From Candidatus Anderseniibacteriota bacterium (lineage in GTDB: Bacteria > Patescibacteriota > Andersenbacteria > UBA10190): a stretch of 61,582 nt of DNA. The stretch lies in the NCBI GenBank assembly GCA_040900375.1, contig JBBDZC010000014.1:33130-94711 (forward strand), given 5' to 3'. Under the pieces are notes generated by a model that saw nothing but the letters and a program-made list of their open reading frames with translations, searched no databases and was not told where the DNA came from. Below are positions 1-8,568 of this stretch, piece by piece (positions within the stretch are counted from its first letter, which is position 1; each line of letters starts with the position of its first letter). Made by a program: the position numbers and the translations under genes.

Positions 1-205
1 TTACACTCGGAGAAGGTGAAGCAGAGGGTGAAGGAGATGGCGTCGGGCTGGGAGAGGGACTCGGTGAAGGACCGACACTCGGAGAGGGTGAAACACTAGG
101 AGAAGGGCTGGGAGAGGGACTTGGGCTAGGGCTGGGGCTCGGTGTCGGGCTTACACTCGGAGAAGGTGAAGCAGAGGGTGAAGGAGATGGCGTCGGGCTG
201 GGAGA
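1..205. repeat. In-frame tandem duplication with 150-bp period inside the Ser/Pro linker of the edge CDS
   Basis: The 55-nt string ttacactcggagaaggtgaagcagagggtgaaggagatggcgtcgggctgggaga occurs at 1-55 and again at 151-205. The offset of 150 nt equals 50 codons. Shorter related sub-repeats (cggagagggtgaa, ctgggagagggac) lie in between. Confidence 0.85.
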
Positions 206-1063
206 TATTACGGGACAGCGGCCGGCAGGGGTATGGTAAATAATGCCCAACACAACATAGTCGCCATTACTGCGCTGTTGGAAGGTCCAATACGGTTCAA
301 GATCAGTCTGGTAGTCACAATCGGGGATTCGGACCACAAAATTCCTCGTCTCTCCTGGTTGGACGACAACCCGCGCGGTCGCATCGAAGAGCTCTTGATG
401 CCCATCAGTGAAGAGCTTATACGACCCCATGCGAATTACAATCGGACAAGGGGAATTATTGGTGAAGAACGATTTATCATGGTCAATACCCCAGCGAATG
501 ATGCCCTGTTCAACATAGGTGGCAAATGCATCCGGGGAAGGACCGCCAATATCAAAGCAGGGGCCGCTTGGTGAGCCGGACACCGTAATATTCTTGGCAC
601 AGGTAGCCCCAAACCATTCCACTTGCTCCTCAAGCATTTTCCAGGCCATGGGGTGCACACCAGCTGTGGCGGGAGCCACAACCTCAAACTGAAAGGTAGC
701 AACCTGGCCAGGATTAATAGCATTCGCGGGTAACTCTAGACGCCCTGTACCCCAGCGGAGGTTATCTTGAGGGTTTTGGGAGCCAAGACGGTGCGGCGTG
801 GCAGAGTCCCTCGTCCATGAGCGCGTGCCGGTATTCTGCATTGCTACCTGAATAGTAAAGCGTTGGCCAGTCTGCACGACATCAGGCGCCACAAGCTCAA
901 GACAGGCAGCATTATTGCCTAAGGCAGTAGACGTTGCAGCTTGCAACGACTTCGTTGTCTGCGGTACGACAAAAAATGGCGTAGCCACGATGAGAGCAGC
1001 AAGGGTAAGGGGTAAGAACTGAACAGGTGAGATAGACCGAGGGCGGAAAATAGTGCTCAACAT
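1..1063 (-). CDS. Secreted protein, 3'-truncated by the window edge: signal peptide, NBR1/Ig-like beta-sandwich domain, Cys-containing domain, Ser/Pro-repeat linker
   Basis: The frame is open with no stop from the ATG at 1063 down to position 1 (354 codons). It is absent from the ORF track because it has no in-window stop. My own translation begins MLSTIFRPRSISPVQFLPLTLAALIVATPFFVVPQ and continues ...QTGQRFTIQVAMQNTGTRSWTRDSATPHRLGSQNPQDNLRWGTGRLELPANAINPGQVATFQFEVVAPATAGVHPMAWKMLEEQVEWFGATC... It ends in (SPSPxP)n repeats. Confidence 0.75.
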   Translation of the reverse strand, partial: MLSTIFRPRSISPVQFLPLTLAALIVATPFFVVPQTTKSLQAATSTALGNNAACLELVAPDVVQTGQRFTIQVAMQNTGTRSWTRDSATPHRLGSQNPQDNLRWGTGRLELPANAINPGQVATFQFEVVAPATAGVHPMAWKMLEEQVEWFGATCAKNITVSGSPSGPCFDIGGPSPDAFATYVEQGIIRWGIDHDKSFFTNNSPCPIVIRMGSYKLFTDGHQELFDATARVVVQPGETRNFVVRIPDCDYQTDLEPYWTFQQRSNGDYVVLGIIYHTPAGRCPVISPSPTPSPSPSASPSPSVSPTPSPSPSPSPSPSPSPSVSPSPSVGPSPSPSPSPTPSPSPSASPSPSV

Positions 1064-1203
1064 AGTGATAGGTAGTTATTAAACTAATTTTTTGAATTAA
1101 TTTGGTGTTCAGATATGTCTGTTCGATACATGTGCTTTCACCCGAGCAACTAACCTTTATACGTTTTCAGGACTAAAAAGTCAACGAGAAATTAAGGAAA
1201 TCT

Positions 1204-1311
1204 GTCAACCCATTCGACTCCACGGTCTAAAGGCCGTGGCTTGCTTAAGGGTTGACTCTAAAGCCGCGCGTATCTCCACCCTGACGGGTGGAGCTTGCGC
1301 GAGTCGAAGAG
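1204..1311 (+). repeat. 108-nt structured intergenic module (family A), copy 1
   Basis: Essentially identical to 40085-40192 (reverse strand) and 55870-55977. It contains four perfect helices arranged as a pseudoknot (see findings). Flanking sequence is unrelated between copies. Confidence 0.9.
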
Positions 1312-1460
1312 TCAAGCTTCGACGAGCTCAGCTTGACCCTGAGCCTGTCGAACGGGTCAAAAGCAAAAAACAAAAGAAAGCTTCTCCGGTGTCCTCGTAG
1401 AGAGCTGTTGCGAGTACCACAAAATTGTTGGGCCTTTAAAAGGCTTCTTAAAAAGAGTTT

Positions 1461-2828
1461 TTAAGGGCGGATTCGGACTCGCGCCGCTGTTCTGGTATCC
1501 CGACCGGTGGCGGCAATTTCTTGCAGAACGCACCATATACCCGTACAGGTATCCTGAAAGCCGTGGCGCTGCAAGGCTAATTCCCCTGCTCGCAGATGCC
1601 AGTTCGTAGGATTGCTGGTATCAATCATTGCGGCACGGGTTAATACTTGTCGCGCTTGTACTTCACTAGAACCGACCGTAGCCCACTCGCTACTATGACA
1701 TAGCCATAGACGAGGGCGGTCAATGGTAGGCATATAACAGTTATCATTGGCCGTAGGGTGAAAGATAGGGCGGGCTTCTCCTGGGACTTTTTCATAGCCA
1801 ATAGTCCCGTCGGGCAGGCGAAATGGCTTGGTTGCTAAACGGCTGCGTCGCTCCTCTTCCTGAAGAATTGCTGTTATACGGTCTTTAAAGGCTCCAGGAT
1901 CACTTTTGACCCCGAGAACAATATCATCGCCTGCGAACTGTACTGTCGCCCAAGAAGCGGTGGCCAATTCCGCCAATATATTAGGTCGGGTCAGTGTCAG
2001 GCCAAGTTTATGACGTATCAGCTCGTTCCATTTTGTCTGCAGGGCAGGTGGCACGCGCGCAAGCCATGCCCCAGGCACGGTCAACTCTACGACTGCGGTA
2101 TCAACGGTTGGTACAGAGGCAAGCCGCCCATGGTGAATCTCTTCCTGGCCCGAGAGAAACAGTAGGTGAACATCTTGCTGGTGAGCGCGTGCTACCAGGG
2201 TTAGAGACTGTGATAGAGATGGGATGACAGCAGGCCCACCTGCCGCCGGCGAGCCAGGCTCAATCACTACCACAGCCGCGGGCATGGTAGGCCACCGAGA
2301 CGCTACCAGCCGGGAAATATAGTCTTGTCCCGCTTCCGGCAACGTGGGCAGCCTTATCGCTTTTACCGCACTGGCTGGGCGATGGAGACGTAAGGCTAAA
2401 CCAAACCGTGTTACTTCCCACCCTTCCCTCTCCAGGTATTCGGCGATAGTTAACTGTTGTGTTAATCGCGGTATGAGAACCACTACCTGCTCGCCACCAT
2501 AATCTGCCCACGATAACTTAGTACTAGCCGGTACTAGTTCCTGGAGTTCCCCTGGTATATAGGGCATGAGTTGTGTGAGAAGCCGATTGTCGAGGCGGCC
2601 GATATCAAGCGCGGCCTGTATACGAGCTGGGGCTTGCCCGTCTGCCTGTCTGCCGGCAGGCCCGCCTGCCGGCGAGGCAGGCAACAACGCCCAGGTTAAC
2701 CACAGTGAGGTATTGAGGTACAGCAGCAATACCAGGAGCAAGGCTGGGAGACCGACCATAATGGCAATAAGCGAAGCTTTATGCCGGTTGCCTGCGGCAA
2801 GCTGGAGCGAGATTATATTATGGGGCAT
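1461..2828 (-). CDS. Membrane-anchored hypothetical protein
   Basis: 455-aa ORF with an N-terminal hydrophobic segment (LIAIMVGLPALLLVLLLYL) followed by a large soluble domain. It carries one intact and one degenerate copy of the in-frame PASPAGGPA palindromic insert. I recognise no family. Confidence 0.7.
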   Translation of the reverse strand: MPHNIISLQLAAGNRHKASLIAIMVGLPALLLVLLLYLNTSLWLTWALLPASPAGGPAGRQADGQAPARIQAALDIGRLDNRLLTQLMPYIPGELQELVPASTKLSWADYGGEQVVVLIPRLTQQLTIAEYLEREGWEVTRFGLALRLHRPASAVKAIRLPTLPEAGQDYISRLVASRWPTMPAAVVVIEPGSPAAGGPAVIPSLSQSLTLVARAHQQDVHLLFLSGQEEIHHGRLASVPTVDTAVVELTVPGAWLARVPPALQTKWNELIRHKLGLTLTRPNILAELATASWATVQFAGDDIVLGVKSDPGAFKDRITAILQEEERRSRLATKPFRLPDGTIGYEKVPGEARPIFHPTANDNCYMPTIDRPRLWLCHSSEWATVGSSEVQARQVLTRAAMIDTSNPTNWHLRAGELALQRHGFQDTCTGIWCVLQEIAATGRDTRTAARVRIRP

Positions 2829-2898
2829 ACCCAGTAGCCTAAAACGTAAATGAGAAAGCGAAAAGCGCTATAATCTCTGATTGGTACCACTCCTTGTT

Positions 2899-5355
2899 TT
2901 AAAAGCCCGGAGGAGATGCTTGTGGGGAAGTAATTGGCGTGGAAGCAGGAGATAACTCAATGATGGCTTGAGCCTTAGGGCTGGTTGGATCTCCCTGAAT
3001 TGCTAAACCAAATGGCAAGCCGGTTTCGCCCATGCGCGGCGGCAAGAATTGCCGCAGGGCGGGGAGCTGCAGGGTACCAAGCACAATGTCATGACTGGCA
3101 GGGAGCGAGCCCCAGTTGGTGAGAAGAGTTTGCCAGTTTCCTCCCCTGGTCAGTGAGGCGGCGCGCTGGCCGATTGTATCAAGCAGTGTTAACATGCTGT
3201 CTTTTGAGGTGGTAATTAACAGATGGGTGTCAGTTACCGCATAATCCAAAGTCGTGGTTACACCGACAAGGTTAACATAGCGTAGTGGGGTGCCTTCATA
3301 GATTCTTTCGGTAAAAGTAAGGGGAGGAATAGTGCGTTGATCAATCAGCAACGGAATTAGAGCGGGCAACGCTTCTTCGAGCGCTGGTTCGCCGAGAGTC
3401 ACTTTACCCTGCAGGATAAGCGGCAGCTCAATAATGAAGCCTAAGGCTTGGTTTCCCCCGCCAATGGTAGCAGGCTGTCTGCCACTCTGGGGGCTTGGGG
3501 AAGAGAGGGGAGGAGATGAAGAGGGGGATCCGTAAGTAAAATAGGCATAAGGGCCAGTCAGCTGCGCGAATAATTGCTGAACGAGGGGACGCTGGAGAAT
3601 ATCAGCCTCAACTGTATTGGTCATTGTCAACCACTCCTCCACATCCTCAAAAAAGTTAGCTCCCAGACGGGCAACAGTAACTTGAGCAGGGATCAAAGAG
3701 AGTAGCTGCTGGTTAGTCGAGGTGGCGGGGATTACACTACGCGCAGTCGCTGTGCCTGACAGTTCGAGATTATTGGAGAATTTTCCAGCAAGAGCGAGTT
3801 TTTGGAGCTTGCCGGCTAAGAAGTGCTCGCCTGCCTCGCCGGCAGGCGGGCCCGCTATGTCCTGGCGGAGCGTCGGCAGAACACTCTCGCCCAAGATCAG
3901 GCGCAGCGGTGCCCCTATGCCAGTATCTTGCAGGAGAGATTCTCCTCCCTGACTAGCGACAGTGCCCGCCGCTAGGGCTAAGAGGTAGGGATCGACCGTC
4001 AGTGGATGCACAATATACCAGCCTTCATACTCGACATAGTGGGCATCGCTATTCTCCTGCAGATTTTCTGTTAGAGCGGCAGTTTGGGGCACAACCAGGA
4101 AAGGCCGCGTCGAATCGGCAAGCGTTACATAGTAAAATTCTTCGATGTCAGAATCACTCAAGAGCAGACGGGGGTCGCCAGCAAGTAAGGTAGTAAAGCT
4201 TGCCTGGCTTGGAGCCGACTGAACTTGATTAGTCCAGGCGGCATTAATGTCACTGCGATCTTGGGCTGATTCCAGACGATATTGGACAATAATAAGGCTG
4301 TCACTAGGAAGCACTTGGACGGCGACGGCTGGTTGGCCTGGTTCAGGCGCAAAAGGATTATTCTCTTGGAAATAGAAAAACCAGGCTGCTGCTCCCCCAC
4401 CTGTCAGTAGGAGGAGAAAAATAATCAAGAAGAGTACTCTGGTAAGCCCGCGCCGTCGCCGCTTGCCAATGGGCGCCATCACCACTTTTTGAATATCGCT
4501 ACCTTGGGGGGGTAGGGGGAAGACACGGGGACTGCTGGCCGGCTGATCGGTCGGCTTAGCAGGCGGAGAGGCGGGCCTGCCTGCCGGCGAGGCGGGCACA
4601 GGGGGAACGGGAGAGAACCCCTGTTTTGCTTGTGCTCTAGGATCTTGACTTAATGGTCTTGGTGGAGCGGGTGCGCGAGCTTCACTGCTTTGTGGAGAGG
4701 GCGATGAGCGACCTTGTTTAATATCGTTAATGTCATCAACCATAGTGCGGATGACAATTTCTTCGGCCTGCCTGCTTGCTTGCCCGTCAGCCAGCTCGGG
4801 CAGACTAGTAGTAGATGGGTAGGTGGGGCGGCGAGCCGCAGGGCGAGCTGCACCGCTGGCAGGAATCTCGCTTGGGGCGGAGGACGGTACGGGCCCCGTT
4901 GATGTGTTGCCTACAGGTGAGAGCCGCTCCTGTTGTCGAACGGCTAATGGGGTGGGTGGCGGAGGAAGAGTCTTTACTGGCAGCGGGCCTCCGGGGTGTC
5001 CCTGGGCCTGCAGGGCAGGCTTGTCTACTTGCTTGTTGGCAGATAAACTCGGGCGGGCGGGCCCGCCTGCCGGCGAGGCAGGCCAGGTTGGTAAACCAGA
5101 TATATGCCCATACGAACTCTTTTGGGGGCTCCCTGATGAGGGAAGCTTAGTTGGTGAGAAGGGGGCGGGGCGAGCGCTATGCGGTCGCCCAACACTAATC
5201 TCACTATTGTCAGGCTGCCCTGCACCAGTCGTGCTTCTGGGCCTCTGTCTCCCCGGCTTGCCGGTTGCCTGGCCACCCGTGAGAGGCAAGCGAGGTGGTT
5301 TGGGCGGAACGGGCGGTGGGTACGAGCGGCGGATAGGCACAGATTGATCCTCCAT
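2899..5355 (-). CDS. Large single-pass membrane protein with a Pro/Ser/Ala-rich disordered N-terminus
   Basis: 818-aa ORF. About 300 aa of low-complexity N-terminus precede one TM segment (VLFLIIFLLLLTGGGAAAWFFYF) and a roughly 480-aa C-terminal domain. It contains three copies of the 24-nt palindrome, one of them inverted. Confidence 0.7.
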   Translation of the reverse strand: MEDQSVPIRRSYPPPVPPKPPRLPLTGGQATGKPGRQRPRSTTGAGQPDNSEISVGRPHSARPAPFSPTKLPSSGSPQKSSYGHISGLPTWPASPAGGPARPSLSANKQVDKPALQAQGHPGGPLPVKTLPPPPTPLAVRQQERLSPVGNTSTGPVPSSAPSEIPASGAARPAARRPTYPSTTSLPELADGQASRQAEEIVIRTMVDDINDIKQGRSSPSPQSSEARAPAPPRPLSQDPRAQAKQGFSPVPPVPASPAGRPASPPAKPTDQPASSPRVFPLPPQGSDIQKVVMAPIGKRRRRGLTRVLFLIIFLLLLTGGGAAAWFFYFQENNPFAPEPGQPAVAVQVLPSDSLIIVQYRLESAQDRSDINAAWTNQVQSAPSQASFTTLLAGDPRLLLSDSDIEEFYYVTLADSTRPFLVVPQTAALTENLQENSDAHYVEYEGWYIVHPLTVDPYLLALAAGTVASQGGESLLQDTGIGAPLRLILGESVLPTLRQDIAGPPAGEAGEHFLAGKLQKLALAGKFSNNLELSGTATARSVIPATSTNQQLLSLIPAQVTVARLGANFFEDVEEWLTMTNTVEADILQRPLVQQLFAQLTGPYAYFTYGSPSSSPPLSSPSPQSGRQPATIGGGNQALGFIIELPLILQGKVTLGEPALEEALPALIPLLIDQRTIPPLTFTERIYEGTPLRYVNLVGVTTTLDYAVTDTHLLITTSKDSMLTLLDTIGQRAASLTRGGNWQTLLTNWGSLPASHDIVLGTLQLPALRQFLPPRMGETGLPFGLAIQGDPTSPKAQAIIELSPASTPITSPQASPPGF

Positions 5356-5392
5356 AATCTTCGAGATCTTTAAATGAGATCAACACTACTAT

Positions 5393-7834
5393 CTACTCCC
5401 CTAGTGATGTAAGGGTAGCCCCCGGAAAGAGGGTTTCAAGGTCACGAACACTGACAGTGACATCGTCGCCGTCTTCATCAGTAACCACGATATCAAACTC
5501 GAGAAGCTTGCCGACTTCGACAGTATAGGTGTTTTCATCACTGGTAATCGCCGGCGCGGCATTGGCCGCTGGCTCTTCGTCATCAGCCTGTAGCGTAAAA
5601 CTATGCTCACCCGCGCCGCTTAAGGAAAAACGAGCGACGCCTTCATTGCTGACGGCGAGCGGGGTGGCCGCCTGGGTGTCAATGGCGACTTGCCAGGATT
5701 TTTGGGGATCGAGATCAAAGAGGAGGACATTTGTCGTCGGTGCGGTGGAAGTAACTGCAGCCGTAAATCCACTGGTATGGAGTGCCTCTCGCTTATGTTC
5801 GGCATTAAAGAGAGTTGCCACACTTGGCTGATTGGGCCGTTCAATGAGGGCACCTTCAGCGGCATTGTTTGTGCTCTTGATCACTTTACTAGTCACGCCT
5901 CCGGCAGTATCCGTCACGTTGACGACGTTGAGAAAAGTATCCCACTGTTGATCACGGGCAGGGATAACGCGGGCTTGCCATTTGCGCTCTTTTTCAGAAA
6001 CCTGCCAGGTGGCGACTCTGCCAGAAAAGAGGACTTTTTCGTCGAGAAACTCGAAGCGGCGCTCGGTAGGTAGCAACGGCGTGACTTGAACCGTCTGTTG
6101 GCCAGGCGTCTGCCACGCAAAGCCGGTGGGCGTCAGATCAGGCTTCACCGATGCATGAATTATCCATTGTTTTAAGGGAATGCCACCGGCCACATATTCC
6201 TCATGCCGCTTCATGAAATTCCAGTGGTATGGGCTACGATCGGCTAGTTGATTAACCGGTTGGTCGGCATCAACGCGGTCATAGATCACCACCGTATCGG
6301 CCGTGGCATCCTGGGTTGGCAGGTACACGAGCGCTCGCTGCCAGGAGTGTAGATACTCTTTAGCAATGGGCACATCATTACCATCTTTGCGGCCATACTT
6401 GAATGGACCGCCTGTCTCTCCTGCCAGCCAGTGATACCCCTCGCCGGACTCTTGGCCAGTGGCTTGGCGCAACATGAACGAGCCGGGCAAATTGCCAATG
6501 AGCATGGTATTAGTCCTTCCCAGGCCGTCGGCACTACCAAGATCATCGTAGCTCCAGGGATGCGTCACCACCCACTCCCCTTTGCGGTAGAGTTGCCAGT
6601 CGCCCATATAGTGCACGGGGTGATCCACATTGTTATAAGGAGGGGTGTGAGCCCCAAAGAGGCTGCTTAAGAGCTGCCAGCCATCGCGGGCATAGAGGAG
6701 GCCTTGGCCAGAGGCAAAGTGATTCAAGGGCAGCTTGGAGCGCCAGTTAGAATCAGCCGGCGCGTACGGGTCAGCAAAAAGATAGAAATCCGCGCGCGGT
6801 TTCTGATTATAGGTTTTATCTTGCTTCCCCATGAATTCATGGATAAAACCATAGAGAATGGGCCCGAGTTCATTATTTTTGTTAAGCTGCGCCAGGGAGG
6901 AAAACTGCGGCAGGAGAAAATCACCCCGACCAAGGCTGTGCATCCACAGCTCATCCATTGCCCCCCAGGACCACTGCTGGTTTAAATCTGGGGTGAGACG
7001 ATGGACCATGGCCCGGCCATAATCAGGCACGAGCGCGCGGTATTCAGGAAAGTGCTCTCGGCCGGTGATATCCTCCATCGCCTGGAGAGCTTGCCAGAGC
7101 TTGCCAGTTGTCCCGCGATTGTAGGTGGTTGATTCTAGCCATTCCCCTCCTTGGGCCAACGGAGCAAAGCTGGCGAGGCCATTACGCACAGTGGTGCGGT
7201 CCAGCGCCGTGGCTTTAAGCCCACCCATTTGCTCGAGGAGCGCAAACATCTCGGGATTCTGACTGACGTGTGCCCAGGCTGCTACACCAAAATAATACGA
7301 GGTTGATTCATCGCTGTCGCTGATGCGGACCTCGGCTGCCTTGCGGGCAAAGGCGTCGAGCTTGGCAGCAATTTGGGTGCGCTCGGCGTCACTCAAGGCC
7401 GGATAGAGCCACTCGTAACAAATAATGAGCCGCAGAAAGAGGCTACGTAAACCGTTGCCGGTGATAGTCTTGGCCGGATCAGTAGCGGCGGCCAGACTGT
7501 TGTCCCAGGCTTTCCGGGCCCACTTTACTTCACCGGTCATCTGGTAGAGCAGTGTCGGGTAGAAATTCTTATCAAAATAGTTATCAGGCGCGTCGTTGGG
7601 GTTCTCCGGGTCATCCGTCGCAGTTTCTAGCCAGAGGTACCAGGGATGCTGCTCGGCACGGGCGCGCTCCCATGAGGCTTGCCACTCGGGTGACCACATT
7701 ATGCGTGGTTCACGACCAGTAGGTGAAGGAGCGGTCGCCGCGTGTGTTGCTGGCGTAGACAATCCCCCAAGGCCAAGCGTCAGAGCAAGCAGGAGCAGGG
7801 CGACAGCGAGACTACGATATGACATGTAGGGCAT
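5393..7834 (-). CDS. Secreted protein, possibly a heparinase II/III-like or alginate-lyase-like polysaccharide lyase with a C-terminal Ig/cadherin-like domain
   Basis: 813-aa ORF with a signal peptide (LAVALLLLALTLGLGGLSTPATHA). The central region resembles heparinase II/III-type proteins by eye only (DHPVHYMGDWQLYRKGEWVVTHPW...). The C-terminus reads ...TYTVEVGKLLEFDIVVTDEDGDDVTVSV. Confidence 0.6.
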   Translation of the reverse strand: MPYMSYRSLAVALLLLALTLGLGGLSTPATHAATAPSPTGREPRIMWSPEWQASWERARAEQHPWYLWLETATDDPENPNDAPDNYFDKNFYPTLLYQMTGEVKWARKAWDNSLAAATDPAKTITGNGLRSLFLRLIICYEWLYPALSDAERTQIAAKLDAFARKAAEVRISDSDESTSYYFGVAAWAHVSQNPEMFALLEQMGGLKATALDRTTVRNGLASFAPLAQGGEWLESTTYNRGTTGKLWQALQAMEDITGREHFPEYRALVPDYGRAMVHRLTPDLNQQWSWGAMDELWMHSLGRGDFLLPQFSSLAQLNKNNELGPILYGFIHEFMGKQDKTYNQKPRADFYLFADPYAPADSNWRSKLPLNHFASGQGLLYARDGWQLLSSLFGAHTPPYNNVDHPVHYMGDWQLYRKGEWVVTHPWSYDDLGSADGLGRTNTMLIGNLPGSFMLRQATGQESGEGYHWLAGETGGPFKYGRKDGNDVPIAKEYLHSWQRALVYLPTQDATADTVVIYDRVDADQPVNQLADRSPYHWNFMKRHEEYVAGGIPLKQWIIHASVKPDLTPTGFAWQTPGQQTVQVTPLLPTERRFEFLDEKVLFSGRVATWQVSEKERKWQARVIPARDQQWDTFLNVVNVTDTAGGVTSKVIKSTNNAAEGALIERPNQPSVATLFNAEHKREALHTSGFTAAVTSTAPTTNVLLFDLDPQKSWQVAIDTQAATPLAVSNEGVARFSLSGAGEHSFTLQADDEEPAANAAPAITSDENTYTVEVGKLLEFDIVVTDEDGDDVTVSVRDLETLFPGATLTSLGE

Positions 7835-7835
7835 A

Positions 7836-8186
7836 TTAAAGAGTCTGATTTACCCCCAAAGAAGCTTCCGCGGGCCGGGCCTCTTGTAGACATAATTCCT
7901 GTTCAGCCTCGCACTCTGTATCGCATAAGCTATCAATCGTCAACGGATCATCCGCGCTGCAATCTTCGCCACACAAGCGCCGCTCCGCTTGGCACTCCGC
8001 CAGCGGGCGCGGGGACGTCACGACAAATTCTTTTTCTAGGAGAACGGGGGCCGTCGTTATGGCTAGCGGTGCCTCTTGGGACACAGGGTTGCTCTTCAGC
8101 AGATAGTTCTGCTGCCAGGTGAGAACAACTAACAAGAGCACGATGCTAGAAAAAACAGCGGCAGCGAGTATGAGCGGGCGGTTCAT
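7836..8186 (-). CDS. Small single-pass membrane protein with a Cys/acid-rich ectodomain
   Basis: 116-aa ORF. The N-terminus is MNRPLILAAAVFSSIVLLLVVLTWQQNYLLKSN and the C-terminal part contains 6 Cys. A paralogous N-terminus occurs at 8315..8473. Confidence 0.55.
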   Translation of the reverse strand: MNRPLILAAAVFSSIVLLLVVLTWQQNYLLKSNPVSQEAPLAITTAPVLLEKEFVVTSPRPLAECQAERRLCGEDCSADDPLTIDSLCDTECEAEQELCLQEARPAEASLGVNQTL

Positions 8187-8314
8187 GGCTCTTAAATTGA
8201 AGGAATGATTACTAAATGAAGAGGCTGTTATTAGTATAGCATCCTCGCCCTCTTAATGCAGCTTCCCCCTCTACTTTCCATAGTGGCGTTAGGGCAGCGG
8301 CAGGAAAGAGTATC

Positions 8315-8473
8315 TTAATTACGGGTAACGGGCGCCACTGGTGGTATACCGGGAGGCGGATCCGGAGCGACGATATTACTTTTGAGCAAATAATTTTGCT
8401 GCCAGGTGAGTAGGCCGATTAAAACCGCCACGAGCACAAACACGGCAGCCGCAAGAATGAGTGGGCGGTTCAT
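8315..8473 (-). CDS. 52-aa single-pass membrane protein, paralog of the N-terminus of 7836..8186
   Basis: Not in the ORF track because it is under 60 aa. My own translation is MNRPLILAAAVFVLVAVLIGLLTWQQNYLLKSNIVAPDPPPGIPPVAPVTRN followed by a stop. The first 33 residues are almost identical to those of the neighbouring gene. Confidence 0.5.
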   Translation of the reverse strand: MNRPLILAAAVFVLVAVLIGLLTWQQNYLLKSNIVAPDPPPGIPPVAPVTRN

Positions 8474-8568
8474 GGCGGGAAAATTAGTCACAAACTAGAG
8501 AGATTATAAGCAGTAGTATAGCACCCCCCTACCCAATCGGTAATTAGCACTCCCGAAAAAGAATTATC

